A stretch of DNA of 63,333 bases, filler included, from Dimorphilus gyrociliatus (lineage: Eukaryota; Animalia; Annelida): NCBI GenBank assembly GCA_904063045.1. It is 4 parts of 4 records of this genome, joined end to end, with 100 filler letters (N's around TTAATTAATTAA, not from the genome) between each part and the next. Parts side by side here need not be neighbours in the genome. Positions count along the whole stretch, not along the records: positions 1 to 31,861 come from CAJFCJ010000131.1; 3 more parts are not named here. The stretch is one strand, 5' to 3'. A model generated the notes under the pieces. It saw only the letters and a program-made list of their open reading frames with translations. It made no database searches and was not told the origin of the DNA. Within the stretch, counting starts at the first letter, position 1. Every line of letters begins with the position of its first letter. Shown here piece by piece: positions 13,035-26,160 of the stretch. The translations under genes were made by a program, and so were the position numbers.

Positions 13035-14974
13035 TTACTTTTCTTGTTTGATTTTTTCCTGTTTTATCATCAGCAAATTGCAAAATTTAGCAAAGCAATA
13101 TATAAAAGGATTGATAAATGAATTAATTGGAACAACAACAGCAATAATCCACATATAAACATTGTTACTAATATGAATATCCATAAATATAGATAAAACA
13201 CCCAATAAGGATACAGGAAACCAACAGCAAAAGTTTGTTGCAGTTACAACAAATGCAACTGCAAATACTCTTGATAGTCTTTCATTATATTTTTCCTTAC
13301 TAGGTAAATTTTTGCTAATTGATATCTTTCTGGGAATTTGAGAGTAAACGGTTCCATTTATTAATGAACATAGCATACTATAGATGCCATATATGAAAAA
13401 TGAATAGACCCATCCACTGATTTTGCTACTTCTGATGTGTAAAGAAAAACAGATGGATGAACTGGAGAAGAAATTCTCAAGAGTGAGGGAGAGTGAAAAT
13501 AACTCAGGTCATTATTCAAATATTTAAATTGTGAATATTTTACAAAATGTTGCTTACTTTATACAAAAGTATTGGAATCACTGCTAATATCAATGAAAAT
13601 ATCATTATAAAAACTCCAATAGATAGCTTTTTCCTTATACTTAAACCAACATCAAAAGGATTTGAAACAATCAAATACCTTTCTATTGTTAATACTAAAA
13701 TACTTAATGAAGAGGAAATAAGAGCAAAGTTTGCCAAACAACCAATAGATGAACAGTATAAGCTATTTCTCCATATTTCATCATGATTCACACAGACATT
13801 TCTAAAATATACATCAACACTAGCAATAAATAACAAATACACCATTGGGCAAAAATCAGCAAATGACAGATAGACATAAAATAATTTTACACCCTTTTTA
13901 TTATCAGTGAAATGGAAATACATACACATACAATTTAATAATAGGCCTACAATACCGATAAGCCAGAATAATAGTCTGATTGATATGGACCCTAAAAGAT
14001 TGTTGCAAGAATGAAAAAGTGATGTACTTGGTAAGCAAATTTTTAAATTTGTTGATGTTATTTTAATAATACAGCATAGTTTAAAAAGTGAACTATAAAC
14101 ATTTGTAACTGTCACTAGATGGTGTAAACTTGTCAAATCTAAATTAATTGCTGGTAATAGTGTCTTATTGAAGTGTAATTGTTTTAATATTTGAAAATTT
14201 TGAAATGTTTCTGATTCAATATTGTTGAATTTAATATTTCCAATTTTTTAAGTTGAAAAAATGTTGTTGAATATAATACAATTTGTTGAGTTTCTGATAA
14301 ATCTAAGTATGTCAAATTGAACAGTTGAGCAAATAGAATGTTGAGTATATGATAATGATAATTCTTTATTTTCTAAATTCTTTAAAGACAAATGTTTATA
14401 TTCATTCAATTTGGAAAAGTCATCAAAATTTCCAGAACAACTTGCTTTATATTTCAATTTACAGTTACAATATTTTTGGCAAATTGATGGTAAACTGCAT
14501 AAAATTTCATCACTACCTTTTAAACAGTTAACAATTCCATCACATATTTGGTTTATGTTGATAAAATAGTGCTCAAATCTACATTTAAAGTATCCCATAG
14601 GATAGAAATTTCTTTATATTACAGTTCACTTCATCATCACCAAATGGACAATGATCAATTTCATCACAAATTTGCTCTATCGAAATGCAATTGTGTTCAA
14701 TTTTACATTTATAAAAACCAGGTTAGCACAAGTTTCATGTTCTTTGAACAATTTTTTAAAGTATTATAAGGATAATGAACTTTTCTTCTCAAATATCCTA
14801 AAGAATCAAATTTCACTTGGCAATCTAAACTATCATCAACTATTTTGGCAAATTGTAATTTACAATTTTCCAATTGCTCATCCATTTTATCTAGACAATG
14901 CAACTTAAAATTGCACAAGAAATCTTTGTTAATACATTTATTATCGCAATACAATTGGTTGTCTCCATAGCAAC
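13035..14974 (-). pseudogene. LDLa-LRR-7TM GPCR paralog 2, multiple frameshifts
   Basis: LDLa modules (CDNKCINKDFLCNF; PGFYKCKIEHNCISIEQICD; GYFKCRFEH..ICDGIVNC) sit in three frames. TM1-4 with IERY (13540-14136), TM6-7 with CWFP and PINSFINPFIY (13035-13376). Confidence 0.85.
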
Positions 14975-15453
14975 CTATAGAAAAATAGAAACAGTTAAAA
15001 AAAAAGTTAAAATGAATACTGATAATCTACTTTTTGATTTGAAATTTACATTTATCAACAAGACTTTTGGTTTCTAAAGTTCTTTTCCATATTTTAATGT
15101 AAAAAACAGAAATTATTAAACAAACAAATGTTAAAAAACAGCTAAACATTAGAAATGAATAGAACTACCCATCTTTCTTTTCACTTGATATATGTAATTT
15201 AAAGCAAAATGGATTTTTTGCATAGTAATCCTATTTAAATAAGAAATTTGTGTTTTTCAAAATTGTGAACATCACAACCAGAGATATACTCAAGACTAAA
15301 CAGCTCCCTATTGAGACTAATACAGTAAGTTCAAAGTCACCTAACCCTTGGGGAAGACTCTGCCCACTGTTAGATACTACACCAGCAAGTACCCTGACTA
15401 ACCAGAACTGAACTTGGGAGTATTTACCCTTGAAACAATATACATTTGGAGGA

Positions 15454-16366
15454 TGTACTTTGTTGTATAGTAATTGTAGGAATTTCTGGTTTGTCACCAC
15501 TGATTTGGTCCTTTCCAATCATTTACCAATTTACCAAAGTACTCAAACAAATAGAACCTTTCAAGTTCGTCCACAAGTAGTTTGATAAATGTAACTTCGG
15601 TAGAAATTAATCAACAAAATACGAGTATTTCGTGCAAAGAATATGTATTGAGTAAAAACGAGTTTCTAGTTCTAAATAAGCAAGTTTAAACAACTAGCTA
15701 TCAGTTAGAAAACTGAACTATCAACTGTTAATTTCTAAGGGTTTATATACTCTTTTAAGAGTTGATAGTTCACCAATTTCAATGTTCACAAAAACAAAAG
15801 TAACATTTTTAAGACAAAGAAAAGTTCTAAATATGGTCATGTTCTTATTGTTTTCCTCTTCCAAATAATAGTTGAATTTCGAAGGTTGAAGAGTTGCATA
15901 AGATGTAACAATTTTAGTAGGACAAGTCGAACAATCAAGAAAACACAAGGATTATATATTTGACCATTTTAATATTCTACTTTTGAAAATAATAATTAAT
16001 TGTTCTACTAAATAAGTTTAGCATCAGCATATAAGGAGGAAGCATATTGGATTATTATGCTATTAGCAGTATTGTATATATAACACTGCATAATAGTATC
16101 TAAGACTTGAAATAAGCATAATTATCAATTAATTAAACATCAATTTAGATGCATTAATAAGTTTAAATTGTGATATTCAAGTTAAGTTGTAAATTACAAT
16201 ATTTAGCTTGAAATAAGTTGCTGCACCTTGTATAGGCACTGCCCTACGCAAAAGTAGGTCAAGCCTGCTTATCTCTATCTGTGCTATCAGCACAGTACAA
16301 TACTAGTTTAATACTACTTATTTATTGTAAAATAGAGCTGACGAATGTATTGTACCTATGTGTACA
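15454..16366 (-). mobile_element. Solo LTR, Gypsy family 2
   Basis: Terminal TGTACA/AGTACA with 5-bp TSD GAGGA (15449-15453, 16367-16371). Inverted homolog of 4935-5959. Confidence 0.9.
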
Positions 16367-16504
16367 GAGGATCACAACAATTCTGCAGACTCTCAAAAGA
16401 AAGCATTTTTGGTACTTCTCACATACAGGAAAATTAGGTTTTGTGAGTGGCCCTAACCCATTACCCAAACCAAAACCCAAACCCCAACCCTAAACCCTAA
16501 CCCT

Positions 16505-18715
16505 GACTTCTCCCCCAGTTGACACTGAGGAGAACCATGCCTGGAACAGTCCCAAAAACAATATCTGGGAGGAGGGAATTAGAGTAATAAGGGGTATGGA
16601 AGGGCACTCTAGAAGAGTTCCCAAGTCAGAGAATTTTGACAACATAATTGACCAGTTAGTGGGTAGAAGTGACATTATTGTCAAACCTGCGAACGAAGGC
16701 AACAACATTGTTGTCATGGACAAGGAGAACTATCTAATAGAAGCCAACAGACAATTGTCTGACTCTAGTACATACCAAGAAGTCAATTTCCCAATCTCCA
16801 AAGGTAGACATTAAGAGATTATAAGCATTCTGGATAAATTGGTCAGGGAAGGAACTCTGAGTAAGAACATGGCAAGGAAACTAAAACCAAAACCTAGTGC
16901 AAAAGATAGGTACTTCTACCTGTTGCCGAAAATACACAAAACCAAGTGGACTATTGATAACAAAATGCCACCTGATCATCCAGTAGTCTGTTTCAGGGCT
17001 AGTGATCTTCACCCTCTATCCTGTTGGTTGGATGTATGGTTACAACCAATTGCAATGATAGGGAAATCATACACCAAGAATTCACAGGACATCTGCAAAC
17101 ACCTAGCATCAAAAACCTTTGATGATTAGTGTATATTACAAACTGCAGATGTAGAGGCTCTGTACCCTAGCATTGACCCTAATTGGGGATTACAATGTGT
17201 TGCTAAAACTTTATTAAGTTGGCCAAAAAGGACAGACCTGATGAAGCAATCATACAATTTTTACAGATTTGCTTGAAAAGCAATGACTTTGTGTTTGAAG
17301 GAAAAAGATACCTACAAATTAAAGGTACAGCAATGGGAGTAAGTTTCAGCCCAGACTATGCCAATATTGTTGTGTGGGAGGAGGAGGTATACAGACTCTT
17401 TGACCATGGTCTTCTGGTCTATAGGAGATACATTGATGATATCTTTATAGTCTGGAAACAACATGGTGGAGAGGATGAGGACAACAGCTTAAAGTGTTTT
17501 TGGAGGCATCTGGAAGGATGGAATGAAGGGATCAGATTAACCAAGTCAGATCCAGGGAATGTGACCATCTTTTTGGACTTGGAAATTCAACTGATCCTCC
17601 TTTCTTTTAGAACTTACTTCAAACCAACAGACAGTAGACAACTCCTCAATCCTAAGTCTGCCCATCCTAGACACACTATCACAGGAACATTATTGGCCCA
17701 GGCCCTTAGATATCTCAGAAACTGTTCCAGTGTGGAAACAGCAAGGGGACAATTCAAGGATCTATACAAGATCAATAAAGAAATAGGCTATACCAGATCT
17801 ATGTTCAGAAAGGCGTGGAAAAAAGCACATGGAAGAACAATAGAGGAGAGAAAGGAATTCCTTGGTATGAGGAAGTGCAGGGGAGCCAGATGCCTGGTTT
17901 GTAGAAATGTCCAAGAAACTAGGTACTGGCAATCAACTGGAAGCAACCAATGGTTTGTGGTCAAGGGAGATTTTGATTGTACCTCCACCTGGATTGTATA
18001 TGCGATACAGTGCAGAGCTTGTACCATCCAATATATAGGACTCTCAACAAGGAGTCTCTGGGACAGAATCAACAACCACAAGGGAGATATTAGAAACAAC
18101 TCCATGAAACATATCTCTGAACATTTTAGAGAACATGGAATTGATAACCTCCTGTATTGGGTGACAGATTCTGTACCAGAGTTACCCAATGAGGGTTACA
18201 GAGAAAGGATCCTACAATCATTGGAGGCTAAGTACATCAAAGAGGGTAACTCTGTTATCCCCTTTGGCCTAAATGAAACTCAGGGTTGCCACAGCTTCAC
18301 AGTTGTTCCCCTAGTAATCACACACCCTAGCCCTTGGTACAAACTCAGTAGTATGCTGAAAAACAAGTGGGCTGCATTGGATGAACAATCTCCCCTCAAA
18401 CAGATCAGGCCTATAATAGCCTTGAAATTGGGTAGATCCATCAAGAGTCTTATTGTGAAGGGCAGGTCCTCTTCACCAAGAGATAACTCCAAAATTCTTA
18501 ATCTATTGGAATGTTGGCCTTCTCCATGGTGGAATATAAATTCTACTTACCAGACTGGCTACAATAAGTTCCATGAAGAATGGGAACTCAAGTGCTTACA
18601 GAGTACAACTACTTTCACAACCAATGGCTGGGATGTAGGAGAGGAGGGAGTAAATGATGAGAATTACACAGGAGTAAGGCTCCTACTTGATATCATGGAG
18701 GAGTTGGATAAATGA
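16505..18715 (+). mobile_element. Penelope-like retroelement (RT + GIY-YIG), decayed
   Basis: KPANEGNNIVVMDK, YLLPKIHK, TADVEALYPSI, GTAMG, RYIDD and IVYAIQC..QYIG motifs. Stops at 16812 and 17127, frameshift near 17215. The 5-prime boundary is approximate. Confidence 0.92.
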
Positions 18716-19129
18716 CATTGAATTGCCTCTAATCCAAGAGTCCTAGATCAAGTAACAAGTTGACAGTTGGTTGGAACTATTGTTCCTCAACAGGAGGTCC
18801 TTGTGAAACATCTAGAATGCTCCTTTTACCATGATGTCTGTGATAATCATCTTGGAAATCAACCCTAGGTACATCTGGGTCTTTGGAGAGGAAGGTTTAG
18901 TAATTGGTAGATAGTTGGTTATGGAACAATTGTTCCCCAACAGTACATCTCAGTGAAAAACCAACCCCCTCCATGTGCTGAGAGGAATTTTCTTAAGCAA
19001 CTTTGAAGGACTCGTTCAGGGGGTTCTAGTAAGGGTAGGATTATGATATTTACATCAAAATCTCTACTTTTTTGGCAAGATTATGTGGCACAATTGAAAC
19101 TTTGAAGAAATTGCTCCGAAAACCGATTT

Positions 19130-20300
19130 TCGTTATAGCAGATTTTGGGAAATAATTTCCAGTGGAGGTGATAGTACTTGTCGAGAGCTTTCACCTGATA
19201 TGCCATATGTCAAAATTGGACCAATATTGTAGGAGTGGCTGAGCTTCAAAGTTCGTTGACAAGAAAGAAAGATGGCCAACAAAAAATTTAATTTGATTCG
19301 TCCGTGCCCATATGAATACACCCTCGATATCGAATTTGAGCAAGATCTGATGATTTGCAGTTTTGCAGAATTTTCCTCTGATTCAAACGGCATAATGCTC
19401 TGGACTCTGAAAAAAATTTTACTCCTGCAAACACCTATGGCAGGATTAAATGAACTTAGAAAAAATTTAACTCCTGCAATATACCTACAGCAGGATTAAA
19501 TGGTACTTAGAAAAATTTCTGAATATTACTCCTTGACCAATGATTCATAATCCTTATATTAAGATTTTTAAGGAAAATCAAAGAAATTTGAAAATTATCA
19601 ATTTATGATATTTCATTTTTCTTATTTCAGTGGTATTTGATGGAGTGGTAATGCATATTTTCCTGGGCCACTCCATCAAACCAGCATTGGCCATATTTGG
19701 GCAGAGTGAGGTTATTGATAATAACTGATTCTCTGACCATTGATAGGGAGATACTTGAATTTGTATGCAAATTATCCTTTTAAGGTGAATACTTGACTCG
19801 TTCATTGGTGTGAACAGCTGAATGAATATTCAGTGGAAAGTGAAAACCACTGTTTTTAACATCAACTTTGATGGACCGTAGCGGCCAAACTGCTGGTCCG
19901 ATTTGGCTCAAATTTTGTAGGCTAATAGACTAGACTTTTCTACGTCTCCAGTTAAAATTTGAAAGAAATTGGCGAAAAATATTTTTGCCCGTGAATAGAA
20001 AAGTTCTGGGGAATTTAAAGAAGTTTATACAGTCCAACTGTGGACCATCACATCCACAGGGGCCCGTCTTTGTCAAAGTGCTGGTACTAGTCGATGTCTG
20101 CTGAATAATAGTTCACATTGATCTCTCACACTGTGAATTTTTCAAGGCAGGAATCAAGATAGGCTGCTTGTGTGCAAATTTCAGGTGTTACCACATTTTA
20201 ACACATAATCAAGGGTGAATTAAACCCGAAATATTGTGCTGTGGATTTTTTATTGTACTCTGTTTGACAATTGTTCCTCTAGAGATCTTCACTCTTTACA
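19130..20300. repeat. Degenerate dispersed non-coding repeat, class unresolved; second copy at ~33800-34800
   Basis: Shared blocks GATAG..TCGA.AGAGCTTT..TGATATGC, CCGATTT(G/A)GCTCAAATTTTGTA and AGGGT.AAT..ACCC.AAATATTGTG. A ~51-bp tandem duplication lies at ~19415-19520. Confidence 0.55.
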
Positions 20301-21605
20301 AAGAATCTCTTTTGGAACTGTAGTGGTCTAATAGGGTGAGCTTACAGTAATAAGAATATTTACTTTAGATAAGTATTCTTATCTCACTTGTCTGAAAGTA
20401 GCTGACATCTATACTCACAAACAACACCAAGTCTGAGTGCATACCTTCGGGGTAAGTAGGTAGATACTGGTGAAAGCTTCAGGGCTAACCAGTCCCTACT
20501 GCAAATTGACAATACTTCTGGTATTGGCAAACCCCAACCAGAACCATCTAACCCTTTTTGTTTTAGTTCATTTTATTTCATGTGTTATGCATGCCAGTGT
20601 GTGTATATATATATGTGTGGAGGGGTGGGTAGGTATGGATAGGAGTGGATAGAGGAGTATGCATAATTAAGTGTTCATATATGGGTTAGTGATCTTTAGG
20701 CATCATCTTCAAGTAGAATCAAATATAGGATAATGTAATATCCTGTGAAGGAGACATTTTTAAATTGTAAATGTATCAAAAATAAGACACACCCTGTATA
20801 GACAATTAGTTGGATGGAAAATGTTCAATTTTTAATTTTGGATGTTAATGTTGATTTTAATTTTTAATTTATATAAGGAGAATAAACTTGAAAATTCACA
20901 ACAATTGGACAGTTACTTATATGTATATATATAGATATATTTATACTTACATTCTTATTTTGTGAAATATTATTGATTTCACCAACAAACATTTCTTAAC
21001 ATAATATAGGAGGGTTACCTATTCTGAAACATTCCCAACAGTTAATTCATCCATAGGATTAGGCTTTTGTAATGTCAAATGGATGTTGTTCATATCAAAA
21101 TTGTGAGCAATACACAAGGTCCCTAGGTTCTAATAAAATTTTGATGTTGAATATGCAGAGGTATTGAATCTAGAGTTAGGGACAATCTGAAAATGGAAAT
21201 GGTTGTATGAGCCCCACTAGTTCAATCTTTGTATTCATCAACTTATTATTTAAAAAGAGCAATGACAATTTGTGGCAATTTAGAAATTCCTCAATTACAC
21301 TTTGACAAACTGGTCAATGATAGGAAAGGATGTCTTGACTATTAGTGGTGTTATATTTGCAGTTAAGAGGAAATTATCAAGACAGATTATGTAGGAGTGT
21401 GGCAAAATATGTATGAAACTTCTAACTCTGATAAACAGATAGTAGAAAATGTTAACAATTTAGATTAGTCTTTTAAAAATTAAACTGCTGAAAAGAGCAG
21501 GAATGTATCATAGTAATAGAAGAGAAGCAAAAATTTAATTTGATGAATTTGATAAGTCATTTAGTGACATTTAAGACATTTCAATACCGAGAGAATTTCT
21601 TTGTA

Positions 21606-22769
21606 TTAGTAATTGTCAGATATATAAGTTTTTAATCTTTTGTGAATTTGTGCAAGTAGGTTTGTTAAAGTTGTTTGTGGAATTACAAGTAGTGGTTGAC
21701 AACCATTCAAATACCATACCAAATCCTCTTTGACAAACATATGTTCAATGAAATTCTTGTATTCCTTGAATGTTTCAACATCAATGTCTGCTCCTTCTAA
21801 CTTTTCATCCTGTCTTGAAATTTCCAATGGTAGGTCAAGAACATTTCTGTTCTTTAATCCGAAAAGTATGAACTGTTGTATTAATGCCATTGTACCGCTT
21901 TGGTCTTGCCAATTTATGTGTTTGCAACTTATAACAGTACTGGTTCTACTCGAACCTTTACACAAAGTGTTTAAATTAAAGTGGTTTATTGAAAATAATA
22001 CTTAAGCAAGTAACAATATGAAAGTTCAATAGCAGAATAAGTAGTGGGTAACAGTAGGTTGCCAAGTTACCAAACTAGTGTCCAATGTTGAGGAAGTAGA
22101 AAGATCCCAGTGGGTGTTGGTTCCAGTTGATCCTCCCAGGTTGAGGTTAGCCCATTGGAGTAAAGCAGTGAGGAGTTATATACTTGAAGACTATTGTCTA
22201 GTGTCCAATCACCACTTTACAGCTGTGAACTTACCTAGTTCATGTTTGTCCCTAGAACAATATGTTACAAAGTTCCCCACTTGAGAAAGTTAATTAATGA
22301 TAGTTTGGCGAAAACCTTAGACAAGCTCATCAATCATAATGTGGCCAAAACTTAAGTGGTACTTAGGATGAACAGAAGGTCTGTGTTAGGCCACATGTTA
22401 TTGTATTTCCTTGCATCAGTTTGTAGTAAGTTATATATAATAGTAGTATAGTATAAGAATAAAATAGAACGAAAGTTGTACACCATAATGTTGAAACAAT
22501 TTATGGTCATGTATTTGTTTCAAGAGTTTATCTAAAGTTGTTAGTGGGATAACCAGAAGTGGTTGACAACTGTCACAATACCATACTAGGTCTTCCTTGA
22601 CAAACATTTTTTCAGTTGAATTTTTGTACTCCTTTAGTAATTCATCCTTGATATTTTCCCCTTCTAATTTCTCAACAACTTTCATTAATGCTTCATCCTG
22701 TACTTGTTCTAAATAGAAATCCATCTTGACAGGTTGTACACATTTAGGCAGTTCGCAGGTACTAAACAC
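21606..22769 (-). mobile_element. Old Gypsy debris: two integrase N-terminal fragments flanking a diverged family-1-like LTR
   Basis: MFVKEDLVWY..QPLLVIP..IH occurs at 21606-21800 and 22431-22769 and aligns with the pre-HHCC region of the main pol. The LTR-like segment ~21891-22270 ends in GTACA. Confidence 0.75.
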
Positions 22770-23284
22770 ATAAGCTTGTAACCAGGCTCACAAATTCACA
22801 CAATACACCCAAATTGTTACATTTCATTCATCAATGGAAAGCAATATTGAAAGAGTATTATAGAGTACTCTACATGCCTAAAACTACAACATACACTATT
22901 TAAACTTAGATGTTAACCCTAATTATTATACACATCATATTTAATGAATATTAATTATATCTTCCACTATTCTATTTATATTTGGAGCTTTTAGATTATT
23001 GTCACTTTTCAACAGTATTGTCTGCACAATACTATATTGGATGATTAAGTTTAATACTTTTATCCTACCAGTCCTTTACACAGAAACATATTATCTTACA
23101 CAAACAATTATTATTAATAATTTGTTGTATATTAAAACGGCATCAAGTTGACCTTTTCCTATTTTTGTGTTTTGGAATCAATCCAACTTCTATTAATAAT
23201 TGTTACATCTTAGGCAAGTTTCTGACCTACTAAAATAGGGAGCAAAAGTTCTCCAAGATAAAGAAAAAGTAACAAACATGGAAG

Positions 23285-23919
23285 TGTACTGCTCTTGCTG
23301 GCAAAATCTATGCGTTTGCAAGTTATAACAATACTGGTTCTACTCGAACCTTTAAACAAATGTTTAAATTAAAATGGTTTATTCGCAATAATAATACTTA
23401 AGCAAGGAACAATATGAGAGTTCAACAGCAGAGTAGATAGTTCGTAATAGCAGGTTGCTAAATTACCAAACTGTCTTCCAATGTTGAGGAGTAGATGGAT
23501 GGTTCCAGTGGAGGTTGTTTCCAGATGATTTTCCCAGGTCCTTGGGTCCAGATGGAAGCTGCATGCCAAATGAGAATAATGAGGATTTATATACTTTGAG
23601 GTTTGTCTCTGACATCCAATCATCACTTTACAGTTGCCGAAATGTGTAGTTCATATTTATCTTTAGTAATAGGATGTTACAAGGTTGAACATTTAGGAAG
23701 GTTAATTGAATTATAACTTGGCCACACCCTAGGCAAGTTAATTAAATTATAATTTGGCCAAACCTTTATTGGTAATTAAAGATGAGCCTTCAAGCTGACT
23801 AATCAGACTTATGTTTGGCCAATGTTATAGCATTTTCTTGCGTAGGTTTTAAGATGTACATGTATATGTTGCATAAAATAATAGAGTTCAAGCATGTAAA
23901 ATATAACCAAAGTTGTACA
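23285..23919 (-). mobile_element. LTR, Gypsy family 1 (635 bp), no TSD
   Basis: Near-identical inverted copy of 26300-26934. Flanks GGAAG / GTATG do not match. Confidence 0.95.
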
Positions 23920-23934
23920 GTATGGTTCATTCCA

Positions 23935-24597
23935 TTATTCATTCCTTGTCCAATGCACTGATTCCCAAATGATGTAATGTGTTTCTTCAGCTATTGGCAT
24001 TTTTAGAGCGAATAGGTTTGCGAATCTTGACCTGCGACCTACAATAATAAGTTTACACTTGTAAGAATCATGTCCTGTCAGAGATGCAATTATTTCCTTC
24101 ATATTCAAAAGAATACTTGTTATATATACAAAGTATGAAATATAAAATTGTAACATTGTGATGGACAAATTTGAGGTTCTATATGGTTTATAGCAGACCA
24201 ATCACCTACAAATAATTCTTTTTATGGTTTAAAATATAGACGAATTACTTGAAGAGAAAAAAAAGAAATGCTACACAGTTATAACCACAACCATATGGTT
24301 ATTGAACATAATTATAAGCATAGCTTTTAGGATATTGATTTATTAAGCATTTTCTTAAGTTCTAAGCAGTGTGTTTGCTGCCAGAATAGGGTCTCAACAA
24401 AGTAAGTATTAGGTTTCTCATTAGCATCAATTAGAAGACTTGTCTTTTCCAAAGCATTTTCCTTAATAGTATCATAACTGAATTTTGGTTGAGTAGGATC
24501 CGCATACACCATACCTTTAGAAATTGTAGCTGTCCTAGTCATTAAATTGTATTTCAAAAAGCTATAAACAATCAACTTTGGCACCACTACTTTTAAT
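23935..24597 (-). mobile_element. Degenerate family-2 gag and integrase-core remnants
   Basis: DPTQPK..ENALEK..LLIDANEKPNT matches gag at 32217-32714. SYKCKLIIVGRRSRFANLFALK aligns with SYRFILVIVDHFSRYTVLYALK of the main integrase. Confidence 0.75.
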
Positions 24598-24600
24598 GGA

Positions 24601-25860
24601 ATTTCACATCCTCAAACTTGTCCACCTGGCCAGCATTTTCAATTTTCAATTGAAAGTTGTAGTTATATAATATGTGTACATCCAGATTTATCAGATTGCA
24701 CACCAAAGTCAACTATTCAAGATGTGGGTGAAGATAAAATGTGTGAAGAATGTAACCAGAATTTTTCTACTACTTCATGCTATTTAAATAGTGATGAAAT
24801 TGATAAATGTTCACCAAATAAAAATAAACATCACAACGCTATCCTATTGGATACAATTGCGCAATTCCTGGAAGGTGGTCAGAATGGTCAGCATAGACTA
24901 ATAGTAATCCTTCTTTTGAAGAAGAAGGAATTCAAACTAGAACAAGAGAATGCAATAATCCTTCTCCATTAAATGGTGAACTAGAATGTCAAGGTAACTC
25001 AATAGAGATAGAGCAATGTGAAATAACAGATTGTGGAAAAAATCCAGCATTTATGGTATCTTTATCAAGATCGCAAACTTTCAGCTATGGCAAAATAAAT
25101 TGGACATCTGTTGATATTAATGAACACAATTTATTTGATGAATCAGAAAATAGTTTAAGAATTAATCAATCTGGAATCTAATATTTTTCAACAAGTTCAA
25201 CAATTGAAAGCCATGATACTACTTCCCTAATGCTTAACAATACAGGAAGGACTATTGGTTTGTTTAAATATGGTAATTCAAGTGTTACAACTGATACTAC
25301 AACTAGAGCTGGATTATTCATACCAAGTACATTTAATAAGCCTTATATCTTACAGTAATTCATTCTTACTCAAACCTTATTGAAAGTGAGAGTGGAAAAG
25401 AAACATCATGGTTAGGTTTTTACTATGAAAGCCAAAACTATTTATTTACTGCACGTGACTATTCACTAACTTCTCCTTTTAGTGAGGTTTATTTACCAAA
25501 TATTTTTGCAATGAGAGGTTTTTCCATCAGTAATAATAGATTTAGAGTATTTGAAGGTGGATACTATTTTATAAACTTTGGATCAGCATCTGAAAACTCT
25601 ACACGCTCTGTAATTAGATTTGACTTTTCTCCTGGTGGTATAAACATTCATAGCAGTATTGTAATTTCTAACATTGCTGCAACACCTATTATACAATCCT
25701 TAGTTTTATTCAAAGGTTAAATTCTGGTGATTATATTAATCTAAAAACAATTGATGGTATTCAATATTCAGATTCTGATTATCTGATATACTTGTGTTTG
25801 TTCAAGTTAAATCAAAATTTACCAATATTTTCAATGGCTTCAAACAATCATGATTATTCT
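24601..25860 (+). pseudogene. Chitin-binding(CBM14)-like + TSP1 + tandem C1q-like gene with premature stops
   Basis: QTCPPGQHFQF..C..DC; GRWSEWSA*..QTRTRECNNPSPLNG..CQG..C; NPAFMVSL..SGI*YFS; FRVFEGGYYFINF. Stops at 24894-24896 and 25179-25181. Confidence 0.75.
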
Positions 25861-25869
25861 GACAGTCAT

Positions 25870-26160
25870 TCAACAAAAGCTCTAATCAGAAGAGAGTGTG
25901 GAAGACTGCAGGAAAGGAGAGAGTTAGCAACTGCAAACAAAATTAAGCAAAATTTATAGCTAAACATCTCAAAGAGAACCATCCAAAGGATTCTAAATCA
26001 ACAAGGAGCAGACTATCCCAAGAATGTGCCCTTTATCAACAAGAGCTAAAAATACTCAAATAGCTATTTGATAGATCCAACAACAAATTAATTTTAGTAA
26101 TCTTTATCATGAGCCTAGGTTTGCCCTAGATGGTCTAGACCACTTAGACTTGGCCCTTGG
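25870..26160 (+). mobile_element. Tc1-like transposase fragment
   Basis: ATANKIKQNL*LNISKRTIQRIL and EPRFALDGLD align with the HTH and first-Asp region of ORF 36329-36778. Confidence 0.7.

Noticed and set aside
15240-15450. Possible protease remnant beside the solo LTR
   Set aside because: Only weak spaced similarity (GCD) across several frames.
16450-16505. True telomere or chromosome-end capping of the Penelope element
   Set aside because: The repeats are short, degenerate, interstitial and shared with a dispersed module at ~6690-6762.
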